This document shows, piece after piece, positions 1-8,959 of a stretch of 64,000 nucleotides of DNA. The position numbers were made by a program, and so were the translations under genes. Each line of letters begins with the position of its first letter. Within the stretch, counting starts at the first letter, position 1. Source of the DNA: Bdellovibrionota bacterium. Lineage in GTDB: Bacteria > Bdellovibrionota_G > JALEGL01 > DATDPG01. The stretch is from the NCBI GenBank assembly GCA_963668355.1, contig OY764265.1:1440001-1504000 (forward strand), given 5' to 3'. Under the pieces are notes generated by a model. It was not told where the DNA came from and searched no databases. It worked only from the letters and a program-made list of their open reading frames with translations.

Positions 1-1698
1 GCTGATCATCCAAAATCGGGAAGAGCCAGGATCTGTGTATGGAGTGAGGTAATCTCTCAAAAGATAGGGGTCATCATTTCCATGCGGTTCGTGACAAGCC
101 AAGCATCCGGCCAATGTGTAGGAAACATGGTACGCATGCAGGTTGAGCATATTGGATCCATTCGTTTTCACAAACTGCGTTGGCAATAAACTCGATGGGC
201 GATGGATTATGGAGGGTCGAGCAAACGTCATGGTTTGCACATAGGTTTCGAGATCATGACAGTCCATGCAGCCTGAGTTGGCGGGGTTTGTATCCGGGCC
301 GATCCAGAACATGGCTTCGTTGTGGTTAAGCAAATGATTGTTTTCGGATCCATGTACCTCATGGCAAGTGGAACAATCTTGAGTGGCAAACGGGACATGG
401 CGGTTTGAGCTTTCGGTGTAGAGAGCGGCAATGTTTCTGGTGGTTCCAAATGTTGCGGACTGGATCGTCGTGTCATGGCAATTCAAACAAAGAAGGGTTT
501 CATCGCTTCGAAGCAGGTGATCTTCCTGTGCATCATGGGGGTCATGGCATCCGCTGCACGCACTTCCAGTAAATGTCGGGCTATGTGTGAAGGAAGCGGG
601 CGCAGTTTGTTCGGCGTGACAGGATGAACACAACATGGGAGCCACGTCTTTGAGCAAGTGAGGGGCTTGGATTTCTGACTGGTCGGTGGCGTGACAATTT
701 CCACAGAGCAAGGCTTGAGAAGGCGGGTGCTGAACGGGTGCGAGTGGGTTGGGCAGGTCGTGGCAGTCCGAACAACTTCCTCCAAATTGTCCCCCCTCAA
801 AATTTTGTCCATGACAGTTTTTGCAGGCGTTCAGTTGGGTTTGTGGGGAGGCCAAGACTTGAAGGCCATGTCCCTCGGGATTGACCCAACCTTCCGGATG
901 TGGATACCCGGAGTGACAATCTGTGCAGCTGACACTTGAGAGTCCTCCATTCAAATTGTCTCCGTGACAACTTGTGGCGCATTGCTCAGAAATAGCGGTG
1001 GGAAGACTTCCTCCTTGATTGGCCAACCCTTGGATATGAATATTGCTTAATCCCCAGCCTTCGGGATGTGGAAATCCGGAATGGCATTCTTGGCATCCCG
1101 GAGCCCCATTTTGAGTGACTTCATCCATCCGGTGGCAATTGTCGCATTGCTCGTTTTGAGGCAATCCTTCCGAGGCTAAGAAGTATGGCCCGTGCTGACT
1201 GGCATCCGAAAAATACTCAGCGTGCGGATATAGGGTGTGGCAATCCGAACAGGCAATTCCCGACAAGCCTCCGGAGAGGTCAGATCCGTGACAACTTGTA
1301 GCACATTCCTGCTGGAGTGCCGTTGAAGGGGAAACGCCCATATTTAAAATGGATTGAAAGTGAATGCCCGTGTCACCAAATCCTGCGGGGTGAGGGTATT
1401 GCGCATGACAGCTTTTGCATCCCGGGGCCCCCTCGACTTCCGTTTCTTCTGTAGAATGGCATGTGATGCATCGGTCTAAGACCAAGTTCCCTTGCGCGTT
1501 CAAGGCGTCCTGGCCGTGGACCTGTGCCAGGGCATAGTTTTCCGGATGGGGAAAGGAAACATACACAGACTCGCCTGAAACTTGGATCACATCTTCTCCA
1601 AAGAATTCAGTGTCTTCGGCACACCCAAAGGGGCCTGAAAACAGAACAGAGGCAGTCGAAATGGCCAGAATCATTCGAATTTTATGAGAAGATGACAT
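1..1698 (-). CDS. Large multiheme c-type cytochrome, predicted lipoprotein (3' end runs off the window; at least 566 aa)
   Basis: Translated by hand; absent from the ORF track because there is no stop in the window. N-terminus MSSSHKIRMILAISTASVLFSGPFGC has a lipobox-like FGC. 15 CxxCH and 2 CxxxCH (CATSCH) motifs, with repeated C..CH..(Y/F)PHP.GW units. Confidence 0.9.
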   Translation of the reverse strand, partial: MSSSHKIRMILAISTASVLFSGPFGCAEDTEFFGEDVIQVSGESVYVSFPHPENYALAQVHGQDALNAQGNLVLDRCITCHSTEETEVEGAPGCKSCHAQYPHPAGFGDTGIHFQSILNMGVSPSTALQQECATSCHGSDLSGGLSGIACSDCHTLYPHAEYFSDASQHGPYFLASEGLPQNEQCDNCHRMDEVTQNGAPGCQECHSGFPHPEGWGLSNIHIQGLANQGGSLPTAISEQCATSCHGDNLNGGLSSVSCTDCHSGYPHPEGWVNPEGHGLQVLASPQTQLNACKNCHGQNFEGGQFGGSCSDCHDLPNPLAPVQHPPSQALLCGNCHATDQSEIQAPHLLKDVAPMLCSSCHAEQTAPASFTHSPTFTGSACSGCHDPHDAQEDHLLRSDETLLCLNCHDTTIQSATFGTTRNIAALYTESSNRHVPFATQDCSTCHEVHGSENNHLLNHNEAMFWIGPDTNPANSGCMDCHDLETYVQTMTFARPSIIHRPSSLLPTQFVKTNGSNMLNLHAYHVSYTLAGCLACHEPHGNDDPYLLRDYLTPYTDPGSSRFWMIS

Positions 1699-1792
1699 TT
1701 TGCGTTAATTTCCCCGTGCGCCCCGTACTATACAAATCTGCCTTCAGTGACAAGGCCTTTTGTGATTATTTTTAAACAAAAAGAGTTTTTAA

Positions 1793-1805
1793 TATCAATG
1801 GGTTA
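1793..1805 (+). promoter_or_regulatory. IHF-consensus site in the divergent promoter region of the cytochrome cluster
   Basis: TATCAATGGGTTA matches WATCAANNNNTTR exactly and is preceded by an A/T tract. Confidence 0.35.
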
Positions 1806-1901
1806 GCAATCAAAAAAAGGCCGAGAAATTGAATCTTTAGGTTTGCGTCAAAGGGGAAATGGCTGTATTTCCTCTTGGTTTTTTGATCAGTAGCGGTGGG
1901 G

Positions 1902-3140
1902 ATGAAGAAAAGTCTTTTCATACTATTCTTGTGCATTGGAGTTCTTGGGTCTGTTCGGGTTCATGCAGAGCCCCAGTTTGCCTTGCGCCTTCAAAGCATG
2001 GGGCAGATCTATCGGGAAGTGGGAGGAGATGCTCGTTTCCCTTTTTCGACCTACGGACATCTCTATCTATTCGAACCGAAATACACCTCTGATTTGACGC
2101 TGGATTTTCGATATGCCCTGGACCCGGCGGGAGAAGATCATCGTTTTGATTTGTATCGGGGAGTGGTCGAACTATCCACGGGGGAAGATTCTCCGGTGAT
2201 TGATTTGGGCCGCATGCAATTGGTGGAAGGCATTGACTATCTTCTCTTGGATGGCGTCAAAATCAATGGCCGGGTGGCCCAGGATCATTTGGAGTGGAGT
2301 TTGTTTGGGGGCTGGACGCGCGGAACGGAAATTGGCGTGGATCGAGATGCCGGAATGATCACGGGAGTTCGTCTTTCTGCGCTACAGATCTGGAAACTGA
2401 GAAACCGTTTTACCTTTCTCTATGAAGACTATGAAAGCGGAGCCCAAGGCAATCGTTTGAGCTTTTCTCTGGGGAGAGATTTCCATTGGCTGAGGGATTT
2501 TGCCTTGGATGCGGGGATGGAGTTCAGTTTGGTGAAGAACGACTTTTCGCGATTGTTTTTCACGCAAGACGTGCATTTGAACGAAGCCATTTCCGCCCAT
2601 ATGTCGTATTACTATCGAAACCCTCTTCAGAACGAATTGGTGGAACGAGACCCAATCTACCGAACGTTTGCTGCAGGGGGAACGCACCAGTTTCGCCCCA
2701 GCTTGAGTTTCTTCATTGGGGAAATGGTGGTGTTTGAGCCTTCTTATGAACTCAGTCGCTATCGGGCTTTAAACGGAGTGAAGCGAAATAGTCATCGGAT
2801 TGAGGCGGCGCTCTATCTCTTACCCAATCGTTTGAGGGTTCACGCCCGAGCCACCGCCAGCTATTGGAAAGTTCTTCGGGGAAGAAATTGGATCGGTACC
2901 TTTTCATTGGGCAAGTGGTTGACACCCAGAACGGATTTTAGCGTTGGGGGGGAATTGGCCTATTACGAAAAATACACCAACGAAGAGGCCTTAGCCTCCA
3001 GGGGATATATCGAATTTGGATTTCTGGCACGTCATCAGCTGAAATTTTCAGGAACCGTGGAAGCCATCTCGAATGAAGATAAAGAAATGGATATTCGTTT
3101 CATGTTTTTTCTCCAAGCCTTGATCGGGAGTGAGACATGA
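1902..3140 (+). CDS. Predicted outer-membrane beta-barrel protein (porin of a porin-cytochrome complex)
   Basis: Signal peptide, alternating aromatic/hydrophobic beta-strand pattern, first gene of an operon of multiheme cytochromes. Confidence 0.65.
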   Translation: MKKSLFILFLCIGVLGSVRVHAEPQFALRLQSMGQIYREVGGDARFPFSTYGHLYLFEPKYTSDLTLDFRYALDPAGEDHRFDLYRGVVELSTGEDSPVIDLGRMQLVEGIDYLLLDGVKINGRVAQDHLEWSLFGGWTRGTEIGVDRDAGMITGVRLSALQIWKLRNRFTFLYEDYESGAQGNRLSFSLGRDFHWLRDFALDAGMEFSLVKNDFSRLFFTQDVHLNEAISAHMSYYYRNPLQNELVERDPIYRTFAAGGTHQFRPSLSFFIGEMVVFEPSYELSRYRALNGVKRNSHRIEAALYLLPNRLRVHARATASYWKVLRGRNWIGTFSLGKWLTPRTDFSVGGELAYYEKYTNEEALASRGYIEFGFLARHQLKFSGTVEAISNEDKEMDIRFMFFLQALIGSET

Positions 3141-3784
3141 CGGCAAAACGGTTTCAGTTTATTTTCCTACTTTTGGTCTGTGCCTTCTCGTCTTTGGTTT
3201 GGGCGCAAACGGAGAAAAAAAACGAAGAAGAAAAGAAGTTTCATGATGATCTCGAAGTGACGTCAGGTTTACGTCCTTTGCCCCGAGAGCTATACAGCCA
3301 TGATGTTCATGAAAAGCCTTTAACGGAACAAGGCTTCGATTGCACGCATTGTCACCCCTTTAAATTGGATTGGAATGAAAAGAAAGCGGGACATGTTCCC
3401 GAGTATGAAAGCCTTTTCATCAAACCGTTGAAGGACCTATGTCATGACTGTCATCGGAAAGAAGCTCGTGTTCGTAAAAATGTGTTCGTTTGTTATCTCT
3501 GTCATCACGATAACCGGGATATTCTTCCGAGTGACCATCGGAGTGGATGGTTGAAACAACATGGAAGCGTGGGAACGCTTTCGAAGCAGTGTCGAGACTG
3601 TCATGAAGACTCTTATTGTGTGGATTGTCACCGGCGCTTTGAGCCCGTTCGACCCAAGGTTCATTCTCGAAATTACCGTTTCTTCCATTCCATTGAAGGG
3701 CGAATGAGTCCAGCAAGTTGTTACTCATGTCATCGGCAATCCTCTTGTGTGGAGTGTCATAAGACGGGAAGGACGTTTCGATGA
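3137..3784 (+). CDS. Periplasmic heptaheme c-type cytochrome
   Basis: Signal peptide; 7 CxxCH (CTHCH, CHDCH, CYLCH, CRDCH, CVDCH, CYSCH, CVECH); 4-bp overlap with the upstream gene. Confidence 0.9.
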   Translation: MTAKRFQFIFLLLVCAFSSLVWAQTEKKNEEEKKFHDDLEVTSGLRPLPRELYSHDVHEKPLTEQGFDCTHCHPFKLDWNEKKAGHVPEYESLFIKPLKDLCHDCHRKEARVRKNVFVCYLCHHDNRDILPSDHRSGWLKQHGSVGTLSKQCRDCHEDSYCVDCHRRFEPVRPKVHSRNYRFFHSIEGRMSPASCYSCHRQSSCVECHKTGRTFR

Positions 3785-4092
3785 GGTTTCGGAGTCATTG
3801 GTTGATCGTCGGTCTGGTTCTTCTTTTTTCGGCCTGTGAGGGAGAGCGGGGAAGCGAGTTTTATGGCGACTTGCTTAGTTCGCCTTTGGGGTTGACCCTT
3901 GCGCAGAGTGAGCATGAAACTGGTTGGGGACGAAGCGATTGTTATTCCTGTCATGCGACGGAGAATTTTCACATTCCTCGTCCCGAAAGACGAGATACGT
4001 ATGATATGGAAGCGATCCAACAGCAAGTAGAGGAAGAGGGGCTGTCTTCTTGTTCTTCTTGCCATGGGAATAATGGGGTAGTTTCTCCGTAA
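3781..4092 (+). CDS. Small diheme c-type cytochrome lipoprotein
   Basis: Lipobox LFSAC; CYSCH and CSSCH. Confidence 0.85.
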   Translation: MRFRSHWLIVGLVLLFSACEGERGSEFYGDLLSSPLGLTLAQSEHETGWGRSDCYSCHATENFHIPRPERRDTYDMEAIQQQVEEEGLSSCSSCHGNNGVVSP

Positions 4093-4100
4093 GGAGTTGG

Positions 4101-5156
4101 TTGGAAATGAAACGGACGGACAGAAGAATTTTTCTCGCGATTCTCTTTGTGAGTCTGTGCGTGGGAATGGGAAACGGAAATGCGAAGGAAGAAAAGCACT
4201 CCGATCCCAACCGAAGTTGTACGTCCAAGGAATGTCATCCGGATGTGTTACAGCATGAGGTTTTGCATGGTCCTTTGGCCATTGGGCAATGCATGGTTTG
4301 TCACACGCCCATTCCTGAATCTGACCATAAGTTTAAACTTGCAGCCGACAAGCAACATCTCTGTAATCTCTGCCACAAACCTGTGGATAATGCCGCCAAC
4401 TTGCATGATCCAGTGAAAAAGGGAGAGTGCATGACCTGTCATGACCCCCATGGCTCTCACTCCAAAGCTCAGGTTCGAAAAGACTGGATTGCGAAGGTTT
4501 GCATTGATTGTCATAAAGATCCTGTCTTGACACATGCAGGAGAGGCAGATTTCCCTCACGCAAAGTTGCTGGAGGAAAAAAAATGTGTGAGTTGTCACTC
4601 CCCTCATTTTTCGAGTCATCCCCATCTCTTGCGTGACCATGTGGATCGTACCTGCTACACCTGCCATGAAGACCTTCAAAAGGAAGTGAAGGCGGCGAAG
4701 TTTGTTCATGGTCCAATTAAAGAGGGAGACTGTGGCTCTTGTCATTATACGCACGGAACAAAACACGCGGACTTCCTGCCCAAATTTTTGACGGAACGCT
4801 TCTATGCAGGCTTTGATTTGGACAATTTTGAGTTTTGTTTTTCATGTCATGAGCACAAAGAGCAATTGGTGACCGAGCGACGAACGGAAACGGGAACAAA
4901 CTTTAGGAATGGAAATTTAAATTTGCATTACGTGCATGTGAATCGTCCCTTCAAGGGGCGTACATGTCGGACCTGTCATGCGACCCATTCCGCTCCAAAC
5001 AAAGCCTTGGTGGCTCCGCAAATTCCTTTCGGAAAGTGGATGATTCCCATTCAATATACGGCCACGGATTCGGGAGGGGCGTGCTCCAGTGGATGTCACA
5101 AGCCGCTTCGTTATGACCGATTGGACCCGGTCGATTATCAAGAGAAGAAGCCGTAA
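4101..5156 (+). CDS. Periplasmic multiheme c-type cytochrome (9 CxxCH, plus CxxxCH and CxxxxCH)
   Basis: Signal peptide; repeated HGP/HDP...CxxCHxPH units; CTSKECH and CSSGCH variants. Start may be ATG 4107. Confidence 0.9.
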   Translation: MEMKRTDRRIFLAILFVSLCVGMGNGNAKEEKHSDPNRSCTSKECHPDVLQHEVLHGPLAIGQCMVCHTPIPESDHKFKLAADKQHLCNLCHKPVDNAANLHDPVKKGECMTCHDPHGSHSKAQVRKDWIAKVCIDCHKDPVLTHAGEADFPHAKLLEEKKCVSCHSPHFSSHPHLLRDHVDRTCYTCHEDLQKEVKAAKFVHGPIKEGDCGSCHYTHGTKHADFLPKFLTERFYAGFDLDNFEFCFSCHEHKEQLVTERRTETGTNFRNGNLNLHYVHVNRPFKGRTCRTCHATHSAPNKALVAPQIPFGKWMIPIQYTATDSGGACSSGCHKPLRYDRLDPVDYQEKKP

Positions 5157-5170
5157 GAAGTTTTTCAATC

Positions 5171-7078
5171 CTATCTTGAAGAGGCCGTGCCCAGGCCAAT
5201 CATGATGGCATCATTTTGATAGTGACGACTTCCTTGCTTTTCTTCGTAACGGTAGCGAAAAGCCCCGATATCCAACCAAAGATTATGCTTTTTAGAAACT
5301 CGTGCTTTGAAATGGGGTTCAATTCTCCAGGCCTCAAACAAACTGGAATTGAGAACATGGGCCTGTAAACGAGCTTCCATTCCCTCTCTGGGTTTCCAGC
5401 TCGCATGCAAATGGTTGGAGCCATCTTGAAAATCCTCCATGCGCAGAACAGGCAAGATGTCCTCCGCTCCTTCATTGGTTTCTAGGAACAATGTTTGCGT
5501 TTCCATGTCTAGATAAGCCAGTCCCGCATGTAGGGAAAAGGCTGGGGAGTTGTATCCTCCGCCGAAGTAGATCGTTCGCAAGGTAGATTCAAAAATGGGT
5601 TGTACCCCATATTCAAGCGTTGTGTTCGTTTGATTCCGATGAGAGGCCGAGCTTTCCAGAAACCAACCACCCGTGTGTTGATAGCTCACGGAAGCTTTCG
5701 TCAATCGATCTTCCAAAGGGCTTTGTGTGGTGTAATCAGAATTTGCATCTCGCAAGACATGCTGTGTGGAAACCTTCCAACCATTTTCCTTAAAGACCAT
5801 GCCGGCTTCCAAAGCTTTCCCATCCTGGTTTGTTTGATCACTTTCCATGAAACCATTCGTGCTTTCGGCGCGTTCGATGGTTCGCTTGGAAATATCTCCA
5901 CCCAGCGTGAATGAAAAAGGACCCAGCGGACCGAAGTCCAGAGCAAGGTTGGCGCCTGTGTTTTGAAGATCAATCTGGCGCGTAGAAGTTTCTTCAACGA
6001 TCACGGGGAATTCAAAAACCATGGTTTCTTGGTGATTGAAGGAACTCGTTTCGATGGATTCCTGAAAATCTCGAACGGCGACACGAATGCGCGCGGGCAA
6101 ATGAGGAAATTGCCACGAACCCATGAGTTCCCCTCCCGTTACGGAGCGCTCTGCATCCGAAACATAGTGCGTATTTACATCGCGTTCGGCACCCGCAGGA
6201 CTCGTTTCAATGAGGTGTGTTCCTCCCGCGCTTTCCAAGGTTCTGTGGAGTCGGCGGTAATGCGCAACGATGTTGACGTCCCCCGTATATTGAAAGGAAA
6301 TTTTTGAATGGTGCAAATCTCCTTTGTGTTGGTCACTTCCTGCATATTGTGTGAGTTCCGTGAGGTCGCTGGAATCAAAGCCTTGAAGGGCATTTTCCAG
6401 GGGAGTTTGATTCTCTCTTTTGTCATGGGTTTGATAGGTATGATCCAGCACCAGACTCATACGCTCTCCGTTTAGCTCGGCGGATCCACCGTAATTTTTG
6501 GATTTCCAGGAGTTTTGATTGGTTAAGGCGAACTCATCCCAAGGATTATGAAAGGTTTCCCCCTCTCTTCCTTCCCAGCGGTGATTCCCGTATTTCATGC
6601 CAAGAACCACATTTTCGAGGGGAAAAATTTTAAGTGAAGATTGGGTACGTTTTCTTTGGGAGGCGGAACCGTGAAATCCGGCTAAAAAATCAGAGAGAGC
6701 GAAGACATCGTCATAGCGATGATGCCGAAGTTCAAATTGATACAGGCCTCTTTTTTTGACCGTAGCGCGATAATCTTGAGAAGGAACAGTCCCCTGGCTT
6801 CCCCATCCCTTGGCAGAAAGTGCGAGGGACTCAAAAAAACCATCTTTCTCTTTGCGCGTGATTTCGAGATGGTCCAAGTACCAGCCGCTGTCATCATTGG
6901 AATGGGTCCGACGCAGGTTCTCATCCCCTGAAACGGAAAAGCCTTGGTACCTCACTTCTCCTTCCCAATCGATGGAGACTTCTTTTTGCTTTTCCTCTGC
7001 CCATAGAAGCTGAGAGAGACCGAGGGTTAAAAGAATGGAGACCAGGACAATCGAAGCGATTCGCGTAAAGGAAATCAT
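5171..7078 (-). CDS. MtrB/PioB-like outer-membrane beta-barrel porin
   Basis: 635 aa, signal peptide, beta-strand pattern, directly downstream of and overlapping an MtrA/DmsE-like cytochrome gene. Confidence 0.7.
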   Translation of the reverse strand: MISFTRIASIVLVSILLTLGLSQLLWAEEKQKEVSIDWEGEVRYQGFSVSGDENLRRTHSNDDSGWYLDHLEITRKEKDGFFESLALSAKGWGSQGTVPSQDYRATVKKRGLYQFELRHHRYDDVFALSDFLAGFHGSASQRKRTQSSLKIFPLENVVLGMKYGNHRWEGREGETFHNPWDEFALTNQNSWKSKNYGGSAELNGERMSLVLDHTYQTHDKRENQTPLENALQGFDSSDLTELTQYAGSDQHKGDLHHSKISFQYTGDVNIVAHYRRLHRTLESAGGTHLIETSPAGAERDVNTHYVSDAERSVTGGELMGSWQFPHLPARIRVAVRDFQESIETSSFNHQETMVFEFPVIVEETSTRQIDLQNTGANLALDFGPLGPFSFTLGGDISKRTIERAESTNGFMESDQTNQDGKALEAGMVFKENGWKVSTQHVLRDANSDYTTQSPLEDRLTKASVSYQHTGGWFLESSASHRNQTNTTLEYGVQPIFESTLRTIYFGGGYNSPAFSLHAGLAYLDMETQTLFLETNEGAEDILPVLRMEDFQDGSNHLHASWKPREGMEARLQAHVLNSSLFEAWRIEPHFKARVSKKHNLWLDIGAFRYRYEEKQGSRHYQNDAIMIGLGTASSR

Positions 7079-8142
7079 CGTCCCATCCTCCCGTCCTCAT
7101 GAGAACCGTGAAAGGAATCATGACAATCGATGCAGGATCTCATTCGTTTATCTTGATCTCCTAGATGCTGATCGCCGTGACAACTCAAGCAGAGGAATTG
7201 CGGAGATGACTCCAAAAGGCGAACTCGCGCAGGCGTGTGGGGCTGGTGACATTCAAGACATCCTTGTTCTCGTCCCGCTTCGTGAGGAAATGCATTCATG
7301 GAAGCTTTGTCTTCATGGCAGACGATACAGCGATCTGAATAACGGTCTTCAAACACATAGGGGCGACGTTCGTGTGGGTCATGGCAGTCCAAGCAATCGG
7401 CTTTGTCCATATGTCCGTTGGGGGCGTCGAATTCATGTTGTTCTTTCGCATGACAATCCACACAAAGGAGCGTGGGGCGATCAAAACGTTCGCTATGGAC
7501 CACATGACAGGTTATGCATTCCAACCCCTTTTGGCTGTGAGCACTCCAACGAAACTGAGCCACGTTTGGATTTCTTCCATGACAAACGAAACAGCGCTGC
7601 GATTTTTCGTGTTCTTCGGTTTGGGGCGCGGCGTGCGGGTTATGGCAGGCGATACAACTCCCGGTTTCCGGCATGGGGTGGTGATCCGAGGCGGGTTCAT
7701 CGTGACAGTTCAAACATAGACTTGGCAGTTCTTCGGTCAATAAATGATCGGCAACTTCAGAGTCCAAGTCCTCCACGTGAATGACATGACATTCCATACA
7801 CGAGAGTTCATTTTTTCCGTGGGGGCTTTGAGCATACTGGTCAATATGAGCGGTGTGGGTGTGGCAGGCGATGCATCGACCGGCATCAAAGCGAATGATG
7901 AGCTCTGGATCTCCCTCGTCCACGTGAGCCGATGCGGGTCCGTGGCAGCGTTGGCAATCGACGGGGTCTGAAATTTCTCCTTCAGAGAAGGGGTGGAGGG
8001 TGTGAAATTCGTCGTGGCAATCCGTACAAGAGGCGTAATCCGCATCAATATAATCCGCCTCGTATTCCTGGGGAAATGCAGAAGAAATTCCCAAGCCCAG
8101 CCCAATGGAAATAAAAAGAAATAATTTCAACAACTTCGACAT
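7075..8142 (-). CDS. MtrA/DmsE-like periplasmic cytochrome with 14 CxxCH motifs
   Basis: 14 CxxCH counted; CQRCHGPASAH is MtrA/DmsE-like; signal peptide begins at ATG 8142. Confidence 0.85.
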   Translation of the reverse strand: MSKLLKLFLFISIGLGLGISSAFPQEYEADYIDADYASCTDCHDEFHTLHPFSEGEISDPVDCQRCHGPASAHVDEGDPELIIRFDAGRCIACHTHTAHIDQYAQSPHGKNELSCMECHVIHVEDLDSEVADHLLTEELPSLCLNCHDEPASDHHPMPETGSCIACHNPHAAPQTEEHEKSQRCFVCHGRNPNVAQFRWSAHSQKGLECITCHVVHSERFDRPTLLCVDCHAKEQHEFDAPNGHMDKADCLDCHDPHERRPYVFEDRYSDRCIVCHEDKASMNAFPHEAGREQGCLECHQPHTPARVRLLESSPQFLCLSCHGDQHLGDQDKRMRSCIDCHDSFHGSHEDGRMGR

Positions 8143-8194
8143 CCAGCACAATCCTTTTGAATAACCCAAATCGGCAGCTACATAACACTACGCG

Positions 8195-8959
8195 TTATTC
8201 TGTGTCAATTGGGTCTTTTGGGGGAGAATCTTCAATGTTTTCAAGAGGTTCCTCGAGTGGTTGGGGAGAGTTTTCCCTCTCCAAAATCTCTTCATACTCC
8301 AGAGGATGTTCATGCTTCATGCGATGTTCTGACATCCGACCGGTAAAAATAACGGTGTCCAGGGGAAACACCTCGGGATTGATTGTCACGGAATAGATAT
8401 GCCAGAAAAGAATGACGGAAAACGCGAGAAAGGCCTCACTGCTATGAGCCACTCGGGATATGGGAATGACTTCGGCGGGAATGACCATGGACAGATAGTT
8501 GGGAAGCCAGAGAGCCAGACCTGTGAAGATCATGAGGGCTCCGCCGACAATCAATCCCCAGTATTCAAATTTTTGTTTCCACTCGAATCGACCGTAGCGA
8601 GGGGAATGGTTCGTGAGGCGTACACAATAGAGAAAGGACTGGACTGCATCTTTGGCATCTTTCAGTGTGGGAACGATGGCGGGGACTTTTCGTTTAATGA
8701 GTACGTAGTACAACCCGTAAAGCATGTGAAGGCCGAATTGAACGGCAAACAACAAACCGAAGAAGCGATGGACATTTCGAGTTTGGTTGATTCCGCCCAG
8801 AGATTCCACGATCCATTTCGAGATGGAGGCATCGTAGAATTTTTGGGGAAGACCTGTGATGACCAACGCGAAAAAGCCAACGAGCATCAATAAATGTTCG
8901 AATCTTCGTACGAGCGAAAACCGAATGAAGACTCTGGGCTTCTTTGTGGACTCACTCAT
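8195..8959 (-). CDS. Di-heme cytochrome b membrane subunit (FdnI/HydC-like; CbcL b-domain-like)
   Basis: RF..RRFEHLL, ITGLPQKF, RNVHR, YGRFEWKQKFEYW, HSSEA and FWHIY motifs; 4 TM helices. Confidence 0.85.
   Translation of the reverse strand: MSESTKKPRVFIRFSLVRRFEHLLMLVGFFALVITGLPQKFYDASISKWIVESLGGINQTRNVHRFFGLLFAVQFGLHMLYGLYYVLIKRKVPAIVPTLKDAKDAVQSFLYCVRLTNHSPRYGRFEWKQKFEYWGLIVGGALMIFTGLALWLPNYLSMVIPAEVIPISRVAHSSEAFLAFSVILFWHIYSVTINPEVFPLDTVIFTGRMSEHRMKHEHPLEYEEILERENSPQPLEEPLENIEDSPPKDPIDTE

Noticed and set aside
228..982. Short ORFs listed in the track
   Set aside because: They are alternative frames or antisense of the 1-1698 multiheme cytochrome.
7035..7784. 249-aa plus-strand ORF
   Set aside because: Antisense shadow of the 14-heme cytochrome with no recognisable motifs.
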